NCBI RefSeq assembly: GCF_900199515.1
Contig: NZ_LT963434.1
Span: forward strand, 1,113,272-1,145,271
Direction of reading: 5' to 3'
Length of the DNA: 32,000 nt
Source: Massilicoli timonensis
Lineage (GTDB): Bacteria > Bacillota_I > Bacilli_A > Erysipelotrichales > Erysipelotrichaceae
Shown here: piece after piece, positions 7,878-17,659 of the stretch
Numbering within the stretch: the first letter of the stretch is position 1
Layout of the letters: each line of letters opens with the position of its first letter
Translations under genes and position numbers: made by a program
The notes under the pieces: model-generated
Seen by the model: the letters and a program-made list of their open reading frames with translations, nothing else
Told to the model about the DNA's origin: nothing
Databases searched by the model: none

Positions 7878-9866
7878 TCAGCTCCTCAGCTCGATCAAAA
7901 TATCACGCAGCTCTGCCGCCCGTTCAAAGTCAAGCACTTTTGCGGCTTCGCGCATTTCTTTTTCGATGCCTGCCAACAGCTTCTCTTTTTCTTTCTTGCC
8001 GATCTTCTGCTTTTTCTTCATATAAGCCGCAGTCATCTGTTTTGTTTCTTTGCTTCTTACCACTTCATGGATCGGTTTGATGATCGTCTGCGGTACGATG
8101 CCATGTGCTTGATTATATGCTTCTTGAATGCTACGGCGGCGTTTGGTTTCCGTGATCGCACGCTCCATTGAACCGGTGATCTGATCCCCGTACATGATTA
8201 CCGTACCATCGGCATTACGCGCCGCACGTCCGATGATCTGAATCAAAGAACGCTCGCTGCGCAAAAAGCCTTCCTTATCCGCATCTAATATCGCAATCAA
8301 TGAAACTTCGGGAATATCCAAACCTTCCCTTAGCAGGTTGATCCCAATTAACACATCATATTTCCCTTTGCGCAGATCGCGGATGATTTCCGTACGCTCG
8401 ATCGTCTTGACTTCATGATGCAGCCAGGCCACCTTAAAATCAAGTCCCTTCAGATACGTGCTGAGATCTTCTGCCATGCGCACCGTGAGCGTCGTTACCA
8501 GCGTACGCTCATTGCGGGCGATGCGTTTTTTAATTTCATCGACCAGGTCATCGATCTGTCCATGTGTCGGGCGCACTTCCACTAACGGATCTAACAGGCC
8601 GGTCGGACGAATGATCTGTTCCACGACCTCGCCATGTGTTTTCGCCAATTCATAATCGCCCGGTGTTGCGGATACAAAGATCGCCTGATGGATCTTTCCC
8701 TCAAATTCTTCAAAGCGCAGCGGACGGTTATCTAAAGCGCTGGGCAGGCGGAAACCATAATCGACCAGCACTTCCTTGCGGGCGCGATCGCCGTTATACA
8801 TGCCTCTCACCTGTGGCAACGATACATGACTTTCATCAACGATCAATAAAAAATCATCGGGGAAATAATCAAACAGCGTATAAGGCATTTCTCCCGGTTT
8901 GCGTCCGTCGATATGACGGGAATAGTTTTCAATGCCCGGGCAGACGCCAAATTCCCGCAGCGCTTCAATATCATAGCGCGTGCGCTGTTCCAGGCGTTGT
9001 TTCTCTAACAGCTTCCCATCCGCTTCCAGCACCTGCAGGCGATCTTCCAATTCTTCTTCGATCGTTTCACATGCCCGAAGCATCACATCTCTGCTCGTTG
9101 CATAGCCGCTTGCGGGATAGATCACATAAACGCTGTATGCGTTTTGCACCTTGCCTGTCAACGGATCGACTTCCGCAATTCGCTCGATCTCATCATCAAA
9201 CAGTTCGATCCTTAAAATATAGGCATCGGTATGTCCCAATGCGATTTCGATATTATCGCCGCGCACCCGAAAACAGCCTCTGGCCAAATCCATATCATTG
9301 CGCGTATACTGCTGCGCAACCAGCTTTTTCAAAATGTCCTGCCGATCGACCTTTTCTCCCACGCGCACTGAGAAAAACATATCGCGGTACTGTTCAGGAT
9401 TGCTTGCACCGTAAATGCAGGCTACAGAGGCGATGATGATCGTATCACGCCGTTCCAATACCGAATTGGTCGCCGCCATCCGCAGCATATCCAGCTCCAT
9501 ATTCGTCGTCGCATTCTTGTCAATATACGTATCGCTTTTGGGCAAATATGCCTCCGGCTGATAATAATCGAAGTTAGAAACAAAATACTCTACCCGATTA
9601 TGCGGGAAAAACTCCTTAAACTCCGAGTACAGCTGACCTGCCAGCGTTTTATTATGCACAAAGACCAAGGTCGGTTTATTGATCTGCGCAATGACATTAG
9701 ATACGGTAAATGTCTTACCGGTACCGGTTGCGCCTAGTAAAACCTGTGTCTTTTTTCCTTTTTTGATTCCTTCTACCAGTTCTTGAATAGCGCTGATCTG
9801 ATCTCCCTGCGGCTGAAACTTGGAAACCAGTTCAAAGCCTTTTTCTTCTTTCCTGCTATCTGTCAT
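7878..9866 (-). CDS. uvrB: Excinuclease ABC subunit B (UvrB), 662 aa
   Basis: Walker [13 protein letters not shown] box (IVDESHVS), helicase motifs, and the C-terminal UVR domain ([11 protein letters not shown]). GGAGG RBS 6 nt upstream. Confidence 0.97.
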   Translation of the reverse strand: MTDSRKEEKGFELVSKFQPQGDQISAIQELVEGIKKGKKTQVLLGATGTGKTFTVSNVIAQINKPTLVFVHNKTLAGQLYSEFKEFFPHNRVEYFVSNFDYYQPEAYLPKSDTYIDKNATTNMELDMLRMAATNSVLERRDTIIIASVACIYGASNPEQYRDMFFSVRVGEKVDRQDILKKLVAQQYTRNDMDLARGCFRVRGDNIEIALGHTDAYILRIELFDDEIERIAEVDPLTGKVQNAYSVYVIYPASGYATSRDVMLRACETIEEELEDRLQVLEADGKLLEKQRLEQRTRYDIEALREFGVCPGIENYSRHIDGRKPGEMPYTLFDYFPDDFLLIVDESHVSLPQVRGMYNGDRARKEVLVDYGFRLPSALDNRPLRFEEFEGKIHQAIFVSATPGDYELAKTHGEVVEQIIRPTGLLDPLVEVRPTHGQIDDLVDEIKKRIARNERTLVTTLTVRMAEDLSTYLKGLDFKVAWLHHEVKTIERTEIIRDLRKGKYDVLIGINLLREGLDIPEVSLIAILDADKEGFLRSERSLIQIIGRAARNADGTVIMYGDQITGSMERAITETKRRRSIQEAYNQAHGIVPQTIIKPIHEVVRSKETKQMTAAYMKKKQKIGKKEKEKLLAGIEKEMREAAKVLDFERAAELRDILIELRS

Positions 9867-11358
9867 TTACGACCTCCATTGCTTTTATCATCTGGGTATC
9901 CAGTGTCTCTTTTTCCGCATTCCATTTTAACTGCACACTGGAATAAAGTGCGTCCATGACCGCCTGATCGATCACGCCGTCTGTTTCCATACCGATATTT
10001 CGCTGATACTGCTTCAATGCTTCACTGCTGGCGGTACTGAAATAGCCATCTTCACGATCCACCGCATAGCCTAAAAAAGCCAATTCTTTCTGTACGATGA
10101 CCGCTGGCTGAGAAACGCTGTCCGCAGCATAAGTACCGTTTAATGCCACCGGTGAGAACAGGTGCGCCTCTGCCGAAGCGATCTCAACATCCGGTGCGAT
10201 GCCTTTGCCATGTATTTTTTCTTTGGCAGGCGTCAGCCACTGCGCAATCGTATATTTCAGCGACGAGCCATCTGCAAAAGGCTTGGTGATCTGCACCGTG
10301 CCTTTGCCAAAGGTATTGACGCCTACGATTTCAGCATCTAAATAATGGCGCAAAGCAGCGGTCAAGACCTCGGAAGCACTTGCCGTATCGCCATCTACCA
10401 GCACCGCCATCGCATCATAGCGGTACTGCTTGCCTGATCCGGATGTTCTGTTTTCGCTCATAGAACCATCCCGTTTTTCTTCATACAGGACAACACTGTC
10501 CTCCGGCAGCAAATGATTGGCAATGTCCACTGCCGCCTGTACATAGCCGCCGCCGTTCCCGCGCAGATCGACGATCAAAGAAGTTACGCCCTGCTGATCA
10601 AATTCTTTCAGATAGTCGCCCACCAATTCACCGGAATTTTCCGCAAACGAAGCAATCGTCAGGATACCGACGCTGCCCTTTACTTCGCCGAATACCGAGC
10701 TGGCAACTTCACCTCTCTCGATCTCAAAATCCAGCAGTTTATTTTCCCGCTTGACCTGCATGCGTACGCTCGTCCCTTTTTCACCTACGATCTTTTCCCG
10801 CAGCGCATCGCTGTCAAGTCCCGCAACGCTTTCTTCATTTACACTGATGATCTGATCACCGCTGCATAGACCTGCACGCCCTGCCGGTCCATTCGCAAAC
10901 ACATTCACAATGTAGAAAGAGCCACTGTCATATAGATAGACATATTCAACACCGATCCCCATGACACTTCCCTGCAAAGAAGAAGAGAGCTCCATCGTTT
11001 CCTCCTTTGTCAAATAAGATGTGTAAGGATCGCTTTCACTGCCGCTCATGCCCTTTAACGCCTGATTCAGCAATGCTTCATCGAGGCTGTCAATATCTTT
11101 TCCAAAGTACCATTGATTCAGCATGATGTCATAGACTTCATTTAATTTCTGATTGGCGCTTGAAGAAGCAACACCGTTTGTTTTCGTTACCGCATTGCAG
11201 GCATAGCCGATCCCAAAAAATAAGATCGCACCGATCACCAATAAGATCGTCTTTCGGCGCAGCGCTTTTTCTGCCGCGATTTCATCAGGCCATTTATGGC
11301 GCACCAGTTTCACCTGTACGGTTTTTTTCTTTTGTTCGGGATTTCTTTCCTCTGTCAT
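9856..11358 (-). CDS. S41 family C-terminal processing peptidase with PDZ and C-terminal peptidoglycan-binding domain
   Basis: N-terminal TM anchor, then a PDZ-like region ([18 protein letters not shown]). S41 catalytic core: [19 protein letters not shown]-terminal PG_binding_1-like repeat ([36 protein letters not shown]). ATG 11358 has better SD spacing than 11361. The stop overlaps the uvrB start by 11 nt. Confidence 0.88.
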   Translation of the reverse strand: MTEERNPEQKKKTVQVKLVRHKWPDEIAAEKALRRKTILLVIGAILFFGIGYACNAVTKTNGVASSSANQKLNEVYDIMLNQWYFGKDIDSLDEALLNQALKGMSGSESDPYTSYLTKEETMELSSSLQGSVMGIGVEYVYLYDSGSFYIVNVFANGPAGRAGLCSGDQIISVNEESVAGLDSDALREKIVGEKGTSVRMQVKRENKLLDFEIERGEVASSVFGEVKGSVGILTIASFAENSGELVGDYLKEFDQQGVTSLIVDLRGNGGGYVQAAVDIANHLLPEDSVVLYEEKRDGSMSENRTSGSGKQYRYDAMAVLVDGDTASASEVLTAALRHYLDAEIVGVNTFGKGTVQITKPFADGSSLKYTIAQWLTPAKEKIHGKGIAPDVEIASAEAHLFSPVALNGTYAADSVSQPAVIVQKELAFLGYAVDREDGYFSTASSEALKQYQRNIGMETDGVIDQAVMDALYSSVQLKWNAEKETLDTQMIKAMEVVNDR

Positions 11359-11497
11359 CATACATCACCTGTTTCTTTTCTTCCGCTTCTTCTATATTTT
11401 GATGCAAATATGTACTTATTATACCATAAGCATATGTATAGGAACAGTATTATCCATGATCTGTATGCAGTGAAAAAACATCGTTTTCTGGATCTAT

Positions 11498-11527
11498 CAG
11501 AAAGAAAAAGGGTTTTTACGCCCTTTT
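11498..11527 (-). terminator. Intrinsic terminator after the glycyl-radical activase gene
   Basis: AAAAGGG / CCCTTTT 7-bp stem with an 8-nt loop, followed by a T-rich tail on the minus strand. It also folds on the plus strand. Confidence 0.55.
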
Positions 11528-11552
11528 CGATTACAATACATGCAATTTCACA

Positions 11553-12464
11553 TCAACCGCCGATCGTCATCCGCAGTCCTTTGGCTTCTCCGTATTCCAA
11601 AAGCCACTTTAAGGAATCATCTGCAGCGCTGCGCTGATCGGCAAGCGGATAGATCATGCCCAGTTTTTCATATTTGCCAATGCCGTATATATGATAGTTC
11701 AACAGATCGACCTGTTCCACGCAATCTCGATGCTTTGCCACAAAATCAATACGTGCTTTCAGATCCTGCACATCGTCATTTTGATCCGGTACGACGATCA
11801 TCCGTACGCGCATCGGTACTTTTTTCTGTACCAGTCTGATGAAATGGTCTAATATCTTTTCATTGGAATATCCGGTACAGCGTTTATGAATGAGCGGATC
11901 AAACGCTTTGATGTCGTATAAGATCAGATCAACGACATCACTCAATGCGTCTAAATGTTCCCACGATACATATCCTGCCGTATCTAGGCAAATATGAATG
12001 CCGTGCTGCTTTAGGAGCTTAGCACAGTGCAGGACGAAGGCACTTTGCAAAGCCGCTTCACCGCCGGAAAAAGTAACGCCGCCGCCCGTGCTCTCATAAA
12101 ACGTCTGGTCCTTCAACAGTATCTCTGCCAGCTCTTCCGCACTTTTCCACATTCCAACTGTTTCATAAGCATCAAACGGGCATAATTCCACCATCTCCGC
12201 AAGATTTTGACAATGATCGCGATCGATCAGACAGCCGACCTGATCAAAGCTGATCGCTCCATTGCCCGCCTGTACGCAAAGACCGCAGTGCTGACAGCGT
12301 TCCTTAAAATAATAGACCTGTGGTTTTGCGGATAATGTTTCCGGATTCGCGCACCAGTTGCAGCGTAAAGAACAGCCCATGAAAAATACCGTTGTGCGCA
12401 GACCCGGTCCGTCTTTGGTGGAGTAGCGCTGAATCTTGGAAATCAGCGCTTTATCGCCAGTCAT
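11553..12464 (-). CDS. Glycyl-radical enzyme activating protein (radical SAM), 303 aa
   Basis: CSLRCNWCANPE is the CxxxCxxC radical-SAM motif, preceded by GPGLRTTVFFMGC. A ferredoxin-like insert (CQHCGLCVQAG ... C..DRDHC...ELCP) is typical of activases for non-PFL GREs. Start taken at ATG 12464 (MTGDK); the alternative is 12488. It overlaps the GRE stop by 14 nt. Confidence 0.9.
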   Translation of the reverse strand: MTGDKALISKIQRYSTKDGPGLRTTVFFMGCSLRCNWCANPETLSAKPQVYYFKERCQHCGLCVQAGNGAISFDQVGCLIDRDHCQNLAEMVELCPFDAYETVGMWKSAEELAEILLKDQTFYESTGGGVTFSGGEAALQSAFVLHCAKLLKQHGIHICLDTAGYVSWEHLDALSDVVDLILYDIKAFDPLIHKRCTGYSNEKILDHFIRLVQKKVPMRVRMIVVPDQNDDVQDLKARIDFVAKHRDCVEQVDLLNYHIYGIGKYEKLGMIYPLADQRSAADDSLKWLLEYGEAKGLRMTIGG

Positions 12465-14880
12465 GCTCACTTCTGGCGATGATCGCATCCTGTGCTTCCG
12501 GCATCAGCGTAGAGAACAGTGCGCAATAGCCGGCAACCCGCACCATCAGATCCGGATAATCTTCCGGATGCGCCTTTGCTTTTTTCAAAGTTTCACTGTC
12601 TACGATATTAAACTGATTATGGAAGATATTTTTCTTTCTGCCCGCTTCCATAAAGCAGGTAAATTTCTCCAGATTGTCCTCACCGGCCAAAGCCCCCGGG
12701 GTAAAGCGCATATTCAGCAGCTGTCCGCCTGCCATTTTTTGATTTGGCAGCTTTGACACCGAATTGATGACGGCCGTAGGACCTTCTTTATCGGCGCTCA
12801 GACACGGAGAGCAGCCTTCATTTAACGGCATCGTCGCTAAGCGTCCATCCGGCGTCGCACCGACATCAAAGCCATTTGGCACATAAGAGGTAATATTCGA
12901 GGTAGACATCGTATAAGTACAGCCGATCGGTCCTTTGCCATAACGATCGGTATGATAAAGCGGCAGCAGCTTCAAATAGGATTCATACACATCGGCGACG
13001 ATCTGATCGACATAATCATCATCATTGCCGAATTTCGGCGCATTCTTACATAGCTTGCGGATCTTAGCGCCTTCAAGTCCCGCAAAATTGTGAAGCATCG
13101 CATCCTGCAGCTGTTCCAAGGTCAATTTCTTTTCCTCAAACACCAGTTTCTTGATTGCCGCCAAGCTATCGCCTACCACCGAAGGTCCGATATTAGAAGA
13201 ACTGACATAGTCATATTCCGCACCGCCGTTTTTCAAGGTCTTGCCGCGCGCCAAACAGCAGTTTACCGTACTGGAAGCAAACGCATCGGCATCATGATAT
13301 TTCAAGGCGCGATCACACACCAGATCACAGTCGATCGCCAGATCGGTATAATAGCGAAGCAGTGTTTCCCATGCCGCAAATACTTCTTCATAGCTTTGAT
13401 AATGAATCGCTTTTCCCGCTTCCCCATTCAATTTTACCAGCTGAATGCCGGTACTTGGATCATAGCCGTTATACATGACCAGTTCGATGATCTTGCCGAA
13501 ATTCACATACGTCATGCCGGTCGCACGATGTCCCCAGCGTCCCGGGATCGCCGTTTCCACGCAGCCCATTGACGCATATTCACGAGCGACTTCTTCTTTT
13601 AAGCCAAGCGACATCATTGCCGGAATACACACCTCATCGCAGAAGATCGAAGGCATACCGAACCCTTTGCGAATCAAACGCGCCACATCCTTCATAAATG
13701 CATGATCGCTTCCGGCAAAGAAACGTGCACTTAAATTCGGTTCCGGCAAGCCGGTCAAAGCCATCGCTTCTAAGCAAAGATAAGAAAGATCATTGGTGCC
13801 ATCGCTGCCATCCGGCTTCATGCCGCCCACCATCAAATTAGAGTAAAGCGGATAACCGCCGCTGTACTGGGTATGATCCCAAGGACGTACTTTATTAAGC
13901 GAGTTGGTCATAATAAAGAAATGGGTGATCAGCTCCAGCGCCTTTTCTTTGCTTAACATGCCATTGGCACGATCTTTTTCATAATAAGGCCACATATACT
14001 GATCAAAGCGGCCAAATGAAAAGCTGTGCCCATTGCTTTCGATCATCATTAACAGATGCACCAGATATACGGTTTCCACCGCTTCATAAAAGCTTTGTGC
14101 CTTGCCTTCCATCAAATGGGCGAACATTTGGCTCATATCCAGCAGCTCGCTTTTGCGTTTGACATCGCCGCAAGCATTTGCCTCTTCCTTTGCCCGCTTT
14201 GCAAAGCGTTTACAATAACGCAGCGCCGCATCCATCGTAATGATCGAAGCCTCATAAAAAGCAATCTGTTCTTCACTTAGATCTTGATCGTTTTGCAAGT
14301 GCTGCTTCGCGATCTCACGCATGCCGCCAAAGCCATTTGCCAGCACAAACTCATAATTGGGAATGATATGCCCATCTCCGGACATCGAAATCCCACCGCG
14401 ATGCAAAACGCCCTGTTGCTCTGCCAAGCGATTGATCGGCGATAAATTTTTTAATACTTCATCCTGATGCGTCTTGCCTTTCCAATAAGGAGCGATCTTG
14501 CGCAGCTTTTCTTTTGTTTCTTCATCAATGGAAAAAGCGTCGCCGCTGCGTTTGTCAAACTCGTCTAATTCTTCTATGATCCAGTCGATCGAATACTCCG
14601 GAAAGATCGGCGCGGCGAAATTACGCGATGCCTGATTGCCTGCGATCAAGGTATCTTGTTCGATGTAAATATCCATCTGATCAAGGATATCCGCAAACGC
14701 CTTGGCTCGTTTGATCACGATCGGATCCTCTTCATGTTTTTGAAAAGAGGCGGTAATGATTTCCGCACGCTGCGCACAGATCGTCGCTTTACGATGATAC
14801 ATCCGGTTACGCATCGCTTCGATCCTTGTAAAATCACAATCTTGATTGGTAATTTCCATACTTAATAAACCATACATCAT
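12451..14880 (-). CDS. Glycyl radical enzyme, PFL2/glycerol-dehydratase family (YbiW/PflD-like), 809 aa
   Basis: C-terminal glycyl loop MVRVAGYCALF. Cys loop YASMGCVETAIPG has a single Cys with Glu at +2. The N-terminal helical region matches the PFL2 family. AAGGAG RBS 6 nt before ATG 14880, which abuts the aldolase stop. Confidence 0.9.
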   Translation of the reverse strand: MMYGLLSMEITNQDCDFTRIEAMRNRMYHRKATICAQRAEIITASFQKHEEDPIVIKRAKAFADILDQMDIYIEQDTLIAGNQASRNFAAPIFPEYSIDWIIEELDEFDKRSGDAFSIDEETKEKLRKIAPYWKGKTHQDEVLKNLSPINRLAEQQGVLHRGGISMSGDGHIIPNYEFVLANGFGGMREIAKQHLQNDQDLSEEQIAFYEASIITMDAALRYCKRFAKRAKEEANACGDVKRKSELLDMSQMFAHLMEGKAQSFYEAVETVYLVHLLMMIESNGHSFSFGRFDQYMWPYYEKDRANGMLSKEKALELITHFFIMTNSLNKVRPWDHTQYSGGYPLYSNLMVGGMKPDGSDGTNDLSYLCLEAMALTGLPEPNLSARFFAGSDHAFMKDVARLIRKGFGMPSIFCDEVCIPAMMSLGLKEEVAREYASMGCVETAIPGRWGHRATGMTYVNFGKIIELVMYNGYDPSTGIQLVKLNGEAGKAIHYQSYEEVFAAWETLLRYYTDLAIDCDLVCDRALKYHDADAFASSTVNCCLARGKTLKNGGAEYDYVSSSNIGPSVVGDSLAAIKKLVFEEKKLTLEQLQDAMLHNFAGLEGAKIRKLCKNAPKFGNDDDYVDQIVADVYESYLKLLPLYHTDRYGKGPIGCTYTMSTSNITSYVPNGFDVGATPDGRLATMPLNEGCSPCLSADKEGPTAVINSVSKLPNQKMAGGQLLNMRFTPGALAGEDNLEKFTCFMEAGRKKNIFHNQFNIVDSETLKKAKAHPEDYPDLMVRVAGYCALFSTLMPEAQDAIIARSEHDWR

Positions 14881-15573
14881 TTACTGCTCCTTTCCCATCT
14901 TCAATAAATCATTGCCTTCTCCATACAAGGAGAACCAGTCTCGCTCAAATCCCTCCACCGCTTGTTCGATCGAAGGATTGGCAAAGGTAAGCGGCAGGAT
15001 ATCTGCCGGCACTGTTACCGCCGTTGCCCCATTGACGAGCGTTTCCTGTACTTGTCTGAGATTTTTATAGCTTGCCCCCAAGATCTGACAGTCTGCTTGG
15101 TGGGCATGGATCGCCGCCGCCACATGTTCGACCACGATCATCGGATCATGATCTAAATTAGCGATGCGATTGATATATAAGGCGAGATAATCCGCACCGG
15201 CACACATGGCCAAATATGCCTGCATCTCGGTATAGATCGCGGTTGCCGTTACCCGAAAGCCTGCTTCTTTCAACAGCTTGATCGCCTTCAATCCTTCTTT
15301 GGTAACCGGTATTTTGATATAGACCGCATCGTCTACCTTTTCATGGATCATCCGCGCTTCCGCCAACATATCCTCTGCCGTTTTCGCTGTTACTTGAATA
15401 TGCAAAGAACGCTCTTTGCCGATGCATTTGCGAATTTCCCGCATATGTGCGAAAAAGTCTTGCGGCGCCGCTTTTTTTACAATACTGGGATTGCTGGTTA
15501 CACCGCAGATCGGATAATATTCGATCAATTCTTTGATCTTGGTTAAATCAGCAGTATCAATCATCCATTCCAT
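14881..15573 (-). CDS. Fructose-6-phosphate aldolase / transaldolase-family class I aldolase (FSA-like), 230 aa
   Basis: MEWMIDTADL...GVTSNPSI...VYIKIPVT (Schiff-base Lys context as in E. coli FSA VVKVPVT)...ATAIY...YINRI. Start set at ATG 15573, 8 nt after AGGAGG; the ORF-track start 15606 is rejected. Confidence 0.88.
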   Translation of the reverse strand: MEWMIDTADLTKIKELIEYYPICGVTSNPSIVKKAAPQDFFAHMREIRKCIGKERSLHIQVTAKTAEDMLAEARMIHEKVDDAVYIKIPVTKEGLKAIKLLKEAGFRVTATAIYTEMQAYLAMCAGADYLALYINRIANLDHDPMIVVEHVAAAIHAHQADCQILGASYKNLRQVQETLVNGATAVTVPADILPLTFANPSIEQAVEGFERDWFSLYGEGNDLLKMGKEQ

Positions 15574-15660
15574 ATTATGAACCTCCTGTACCTTCGTCTT
15601 TATCATACTTGGGATTTTACTTTGCGCCTAGTCCTGCCTTTTAGAAATAGAAGTTTTTTT

Positions 15661-15698
15661 GGAAAAAGAAAAAAGGGGAACACCTCATCCTGTTTCCC
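15661..15698 (-). terminator. Intrinsic terminator between deoR-family gene and the aldolase-GRE operon
   Basis: Minus strand reads GGGAAACA-GGATGAGG-TGTTCCC (one bulge) followed by CTTTTTTCTTTTT. Confidence 0.5.
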
Positions 15699-15738
15699 TT
15701 TCTGCTCCATCTGTTTCTTTTTGTTCTTTTTTGTGTTT

Positions 15739-16512
15739 TTAAGCAGAATGTACTATGACCTGTAAATACCCGGTTCGCATTTGTTTTAATGCCTGCTTTT
15801 CAGCTTCTTCCAATTGACGGTCGCTGATGACCAGATCAAATTCATCGATCTTCGCATAACGGGCAAAATAGCGCTGATCAAATTTATTTTGATCTGCCAA
15901 CAAGATGCAGTGACTGCCCGCTTTCATCAGCGCCTGCTTTACATTCGCATCCATTTCATCGGGAACGCTGGCGCCCCATGCCAGATCAAGTCCTTGTGTA
16001 GACATGAACACATGATCGACATGATGTTCGCCGATAAAGCGTATCGTATCGGAACTGATCGCCCCCTGCGATATGCGCGAATAGGTGCCCGGCGCCAGGA
16101 TCACCTTAATTTTCGGCGTATTTTGCAATACTTGCAGAATTTTCCATGAATTCGTGATCACCGTGATCGCTTTATCACTCAGATACTTTGCCATTTCATA
16201 GGTCGTCGTTCCACAGTCTAATAAAATCGTTTCTCCCTCATTTACCAAACGGGCGGCTTCTTTGGCAATAGCAGCTTTGGCACTTTGCGCCTGTGCGGCT
16301 TTCAGCGAAAAGCTCGCTTCGACCCCGCTTCCTTCATTCAAGATCGCACCGCCATAATTTAAGGAAACAAGTCCCTGCTTCGCAAATAAAGAAAGGTCGC
16401 GGCGAATCGTCATCGGCGATACTTCATATTGTTTTGCCAGTTGCTTGACCTCAACGCTTTTCGCTTCCTTTAACTGTTCAAAGATGAGGAGCCTACGCTT
16501 TGCGCCATTCAT
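15739..16512 (-). CDS. DeoR/GlpR family transcriptional regulator, 257 aa
   Basis: N-terminal HTH (RRLLIFEQLKEAKSVEVKQLAKQYEVSPMTIRRDL) plus a C-terminal sugar-phosphate sensor domain (ILLDCGTTT...VITNS...FMS..G). Confidence 0.9.
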   Translation of the reverse strand: MNGAKRRLLIFEQLKEAKSVEVKQLAKQYEVSPMTIRRDLSLFAKQGLVSLNYGGAILNEGSGVEASFSLKAAQAQSAKAAIAKEAARLVNEGETILLDCGTTTYEMAKYLSDKAITVITNSWKILQVLQNTPKIKVILAPGTYSRISQGAISSDTIRFIGEHHVDHVFMSTQGLDLAWGASVPDEMDANVKQALMKAGSHCILLADQNKFDQRYFARYAKIDEFDLVISDRQLEEAEKQALKQMRTGYLQVIVHSA

Positions 16513-16550
16513 CTGATCACCTCTTATTCTGTTCGTTCTTGTTCTTTTCT

Positions 16551-16579
16551 ATTATAACAAAGCCCAATGTATTTGCCTA
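16551..16579 (-). promoter_or_regulatory. Promoter of the DeoR-family gene
   Basis: Minus strand: TAGGCA (16579-16574), 17-nt spacer, TGT-TATAAT (TATAAT = reverse complement of 16551-16556). Confidence 0.45.
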
Positions 16580-16597
16580 GCACATCATGCGCTAAGA

Positions 16598-17536
16598 TCA
16601 GTGAATGCGCTTATCGAAACGGTTATAGTCGTTGCGGGGATTTTTCAGGGTCAGGATCTCTTTCTGCTTCGTACTTGTCACATGCGCGTAAATCTGGGTA
16701 ATGGCAATGGAGCTGTGTCCCAGTATTTTCTGAATATAGCGAATATCGACATCTTTTTCCAGCAGACAGGTCGCAAAGGTATGGCGAAACATATGCGGTG
16801 TGAGCGGCTTGGAAAACCCTAAACGCCGTTCCAGCATATGAAGCAGATTGCGAACCGACTGATCAGATAACTTCTCACCGTATTTATTGACAAAGAAATA
16901 AGGCGAAGCACGATCTTGCACAATGCTTTGCATGTATCGCTTTAATAGCTCCACTACCTCATCATTGCCTAAATAAAGCATGCGTTCCTTAGCCCCTTTG
17001 CCGAATATTTTGACTGTGCGCTCCTTCAAATCAATATCTTCTTTTCTTAAGCCGCATAATTCGGATATACGCATACCGGTCGTAAACAGCAGTTCCAGCA
17101 ATACGACGTTGCGCATATGATACTTGAACGCAAAGTCAGACCGTGCATGTTCCAGATCATCGTAAACACAGGAAAAGATCGCTCTTAACTGCTGTGAGGA
17201 AATGGTACGGGGCAAAAGCAGCGGCTCTCTGCACTGTATCTTGATCTTGTGAAAAGGATTGTCTATTATGATCGTTTCATATTCCAAATAATGATAAAAT
17301 GCTTTCACACTTGCGAGCTTGCGCTTTACGGTCTTGTATTTGTCATATTGCCGATTGAGCTGGTAAACGTAATCGCGCAGTGCCGCATGATCAGTATAAT
17401 CATTTTCTTCCATGATGTCCAAAAACTGCTTCAAGTCGATCTTATAAGCTTTGATCGTCTTAGCATTTAAGCGGCGTTTAAGCGTACAGTCCTCATAATA
17501 CTGTACTAAATAATGCTGGATCTCTTCTCTATTCAT
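16598..17536 (-). CDS. Tyrosine site-specific recombinase (XerC/XerD-like integrase), 312 aa
   Basis: N-terminal SAM-like domain. Catalytic residues are seen in TGMRISELCGL (Arg), HMFRHTFAT (His-x-x-Arg) and LGHSSIAITQIYAHV (His..Tyr). Start set at ATG 17536 (MNREE), 7 nt after GGAGG; the upstream ORF extension overlaps the putative promoter. Confidence 0.88.
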   Translation of the reverse strand: MNREEIQHYLVQYYEDCTLKRRLNAKTIKAYKIDLKQFLDIMEENDYTDHAALRDYVYQLNRQYDKYKTVKRKLASVKAFYHYLEYETIIIDNPFHKIKIQCREPLLLPRTISSQQLRAIFSCVYDDLEHARSDFAFKYHMRNVVLLELLFTTGMRISELCGLRKEDIDLKERTVKIFGKGAKERMLYLGNDEVVELLKRYMQSIVQDRASPYFFVNKYGEKLSDQSVRNLLHMLERRLGFSKPLTPHMFRHTFATCLLEKDVDIRYIQKILGHSSIAITQIYAHVTSTKQKEILTLKNPRNDYNRFDKRIH

Positions 17537-17560
17537 ATCCATACCTCCAATCAGGATTTC

Positions 17561-17591
17561 ATTATATGTCATTTCCCCTGCTCACTGTCAA
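17561..17591 (-). promoter_or_regulatory. Candidate promoter of the recombinase gene
   Basis: Minus strand has TTGACA (17591-17586) and TATAAT (17566-17561), but the spacer is 19 nt (18 nt to ATATAA), which is longer than optimal. Confidence 0.35.
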
Positions 17592-17621
17592 TCCGCCAAA
17601 CTGCTCTATGCTTTCCTTGAT

Positions 17622-17647
17622 CAAAAAAAGACGGCCGTTTCGCCGCC
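17622..17647 (-). terminator. Intrinsic terminator after the metallophosphoesterase gene
   Basis: Minus strand reads GGCGGC-GAAACG-GCCGTC (6 bp including one G-U pair) followed by T7. Confidence 0.6.
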
Positions 17648-17659
17648 TGAACTGACTGC

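Noticed and set aside
8636-9436. 266-aa plus-strand ORF, the longest non-annotated ORF in the track
   Set aside because: It is entirely antisense to the highly conserved uvrB. Its product is Arg/Pro/Cys/His-rich low-complexity sequence with no recognisable motif and no RBS, so it is a shadow ORF.
11296-11637. 113-aa plus-strand ORF spanning the ctp / activase intergenic region
   Set aside because: It overlaps the ends of two convergently read, well-supported minus-strand features and a terminator. It has no SD, and its hydrophobic, His-rich product has no recognisable family.
12451-14880. Calling the GRE a genuine pyruvate formate-lyase (pflB)
   Set aside because: The catalytic Cys loop, aligned by context, reads SMGCVE (single Cys, Glu at +2) rather than the PFL Cys-Cys pair. 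A CC dipeptide exists elsewhere (VNCCLARG), but not in the loop context. The activase has extra Fe-S motifs and the neighbour is an FSA aldolase, so the PFL2/dehydratase family is the safer call.
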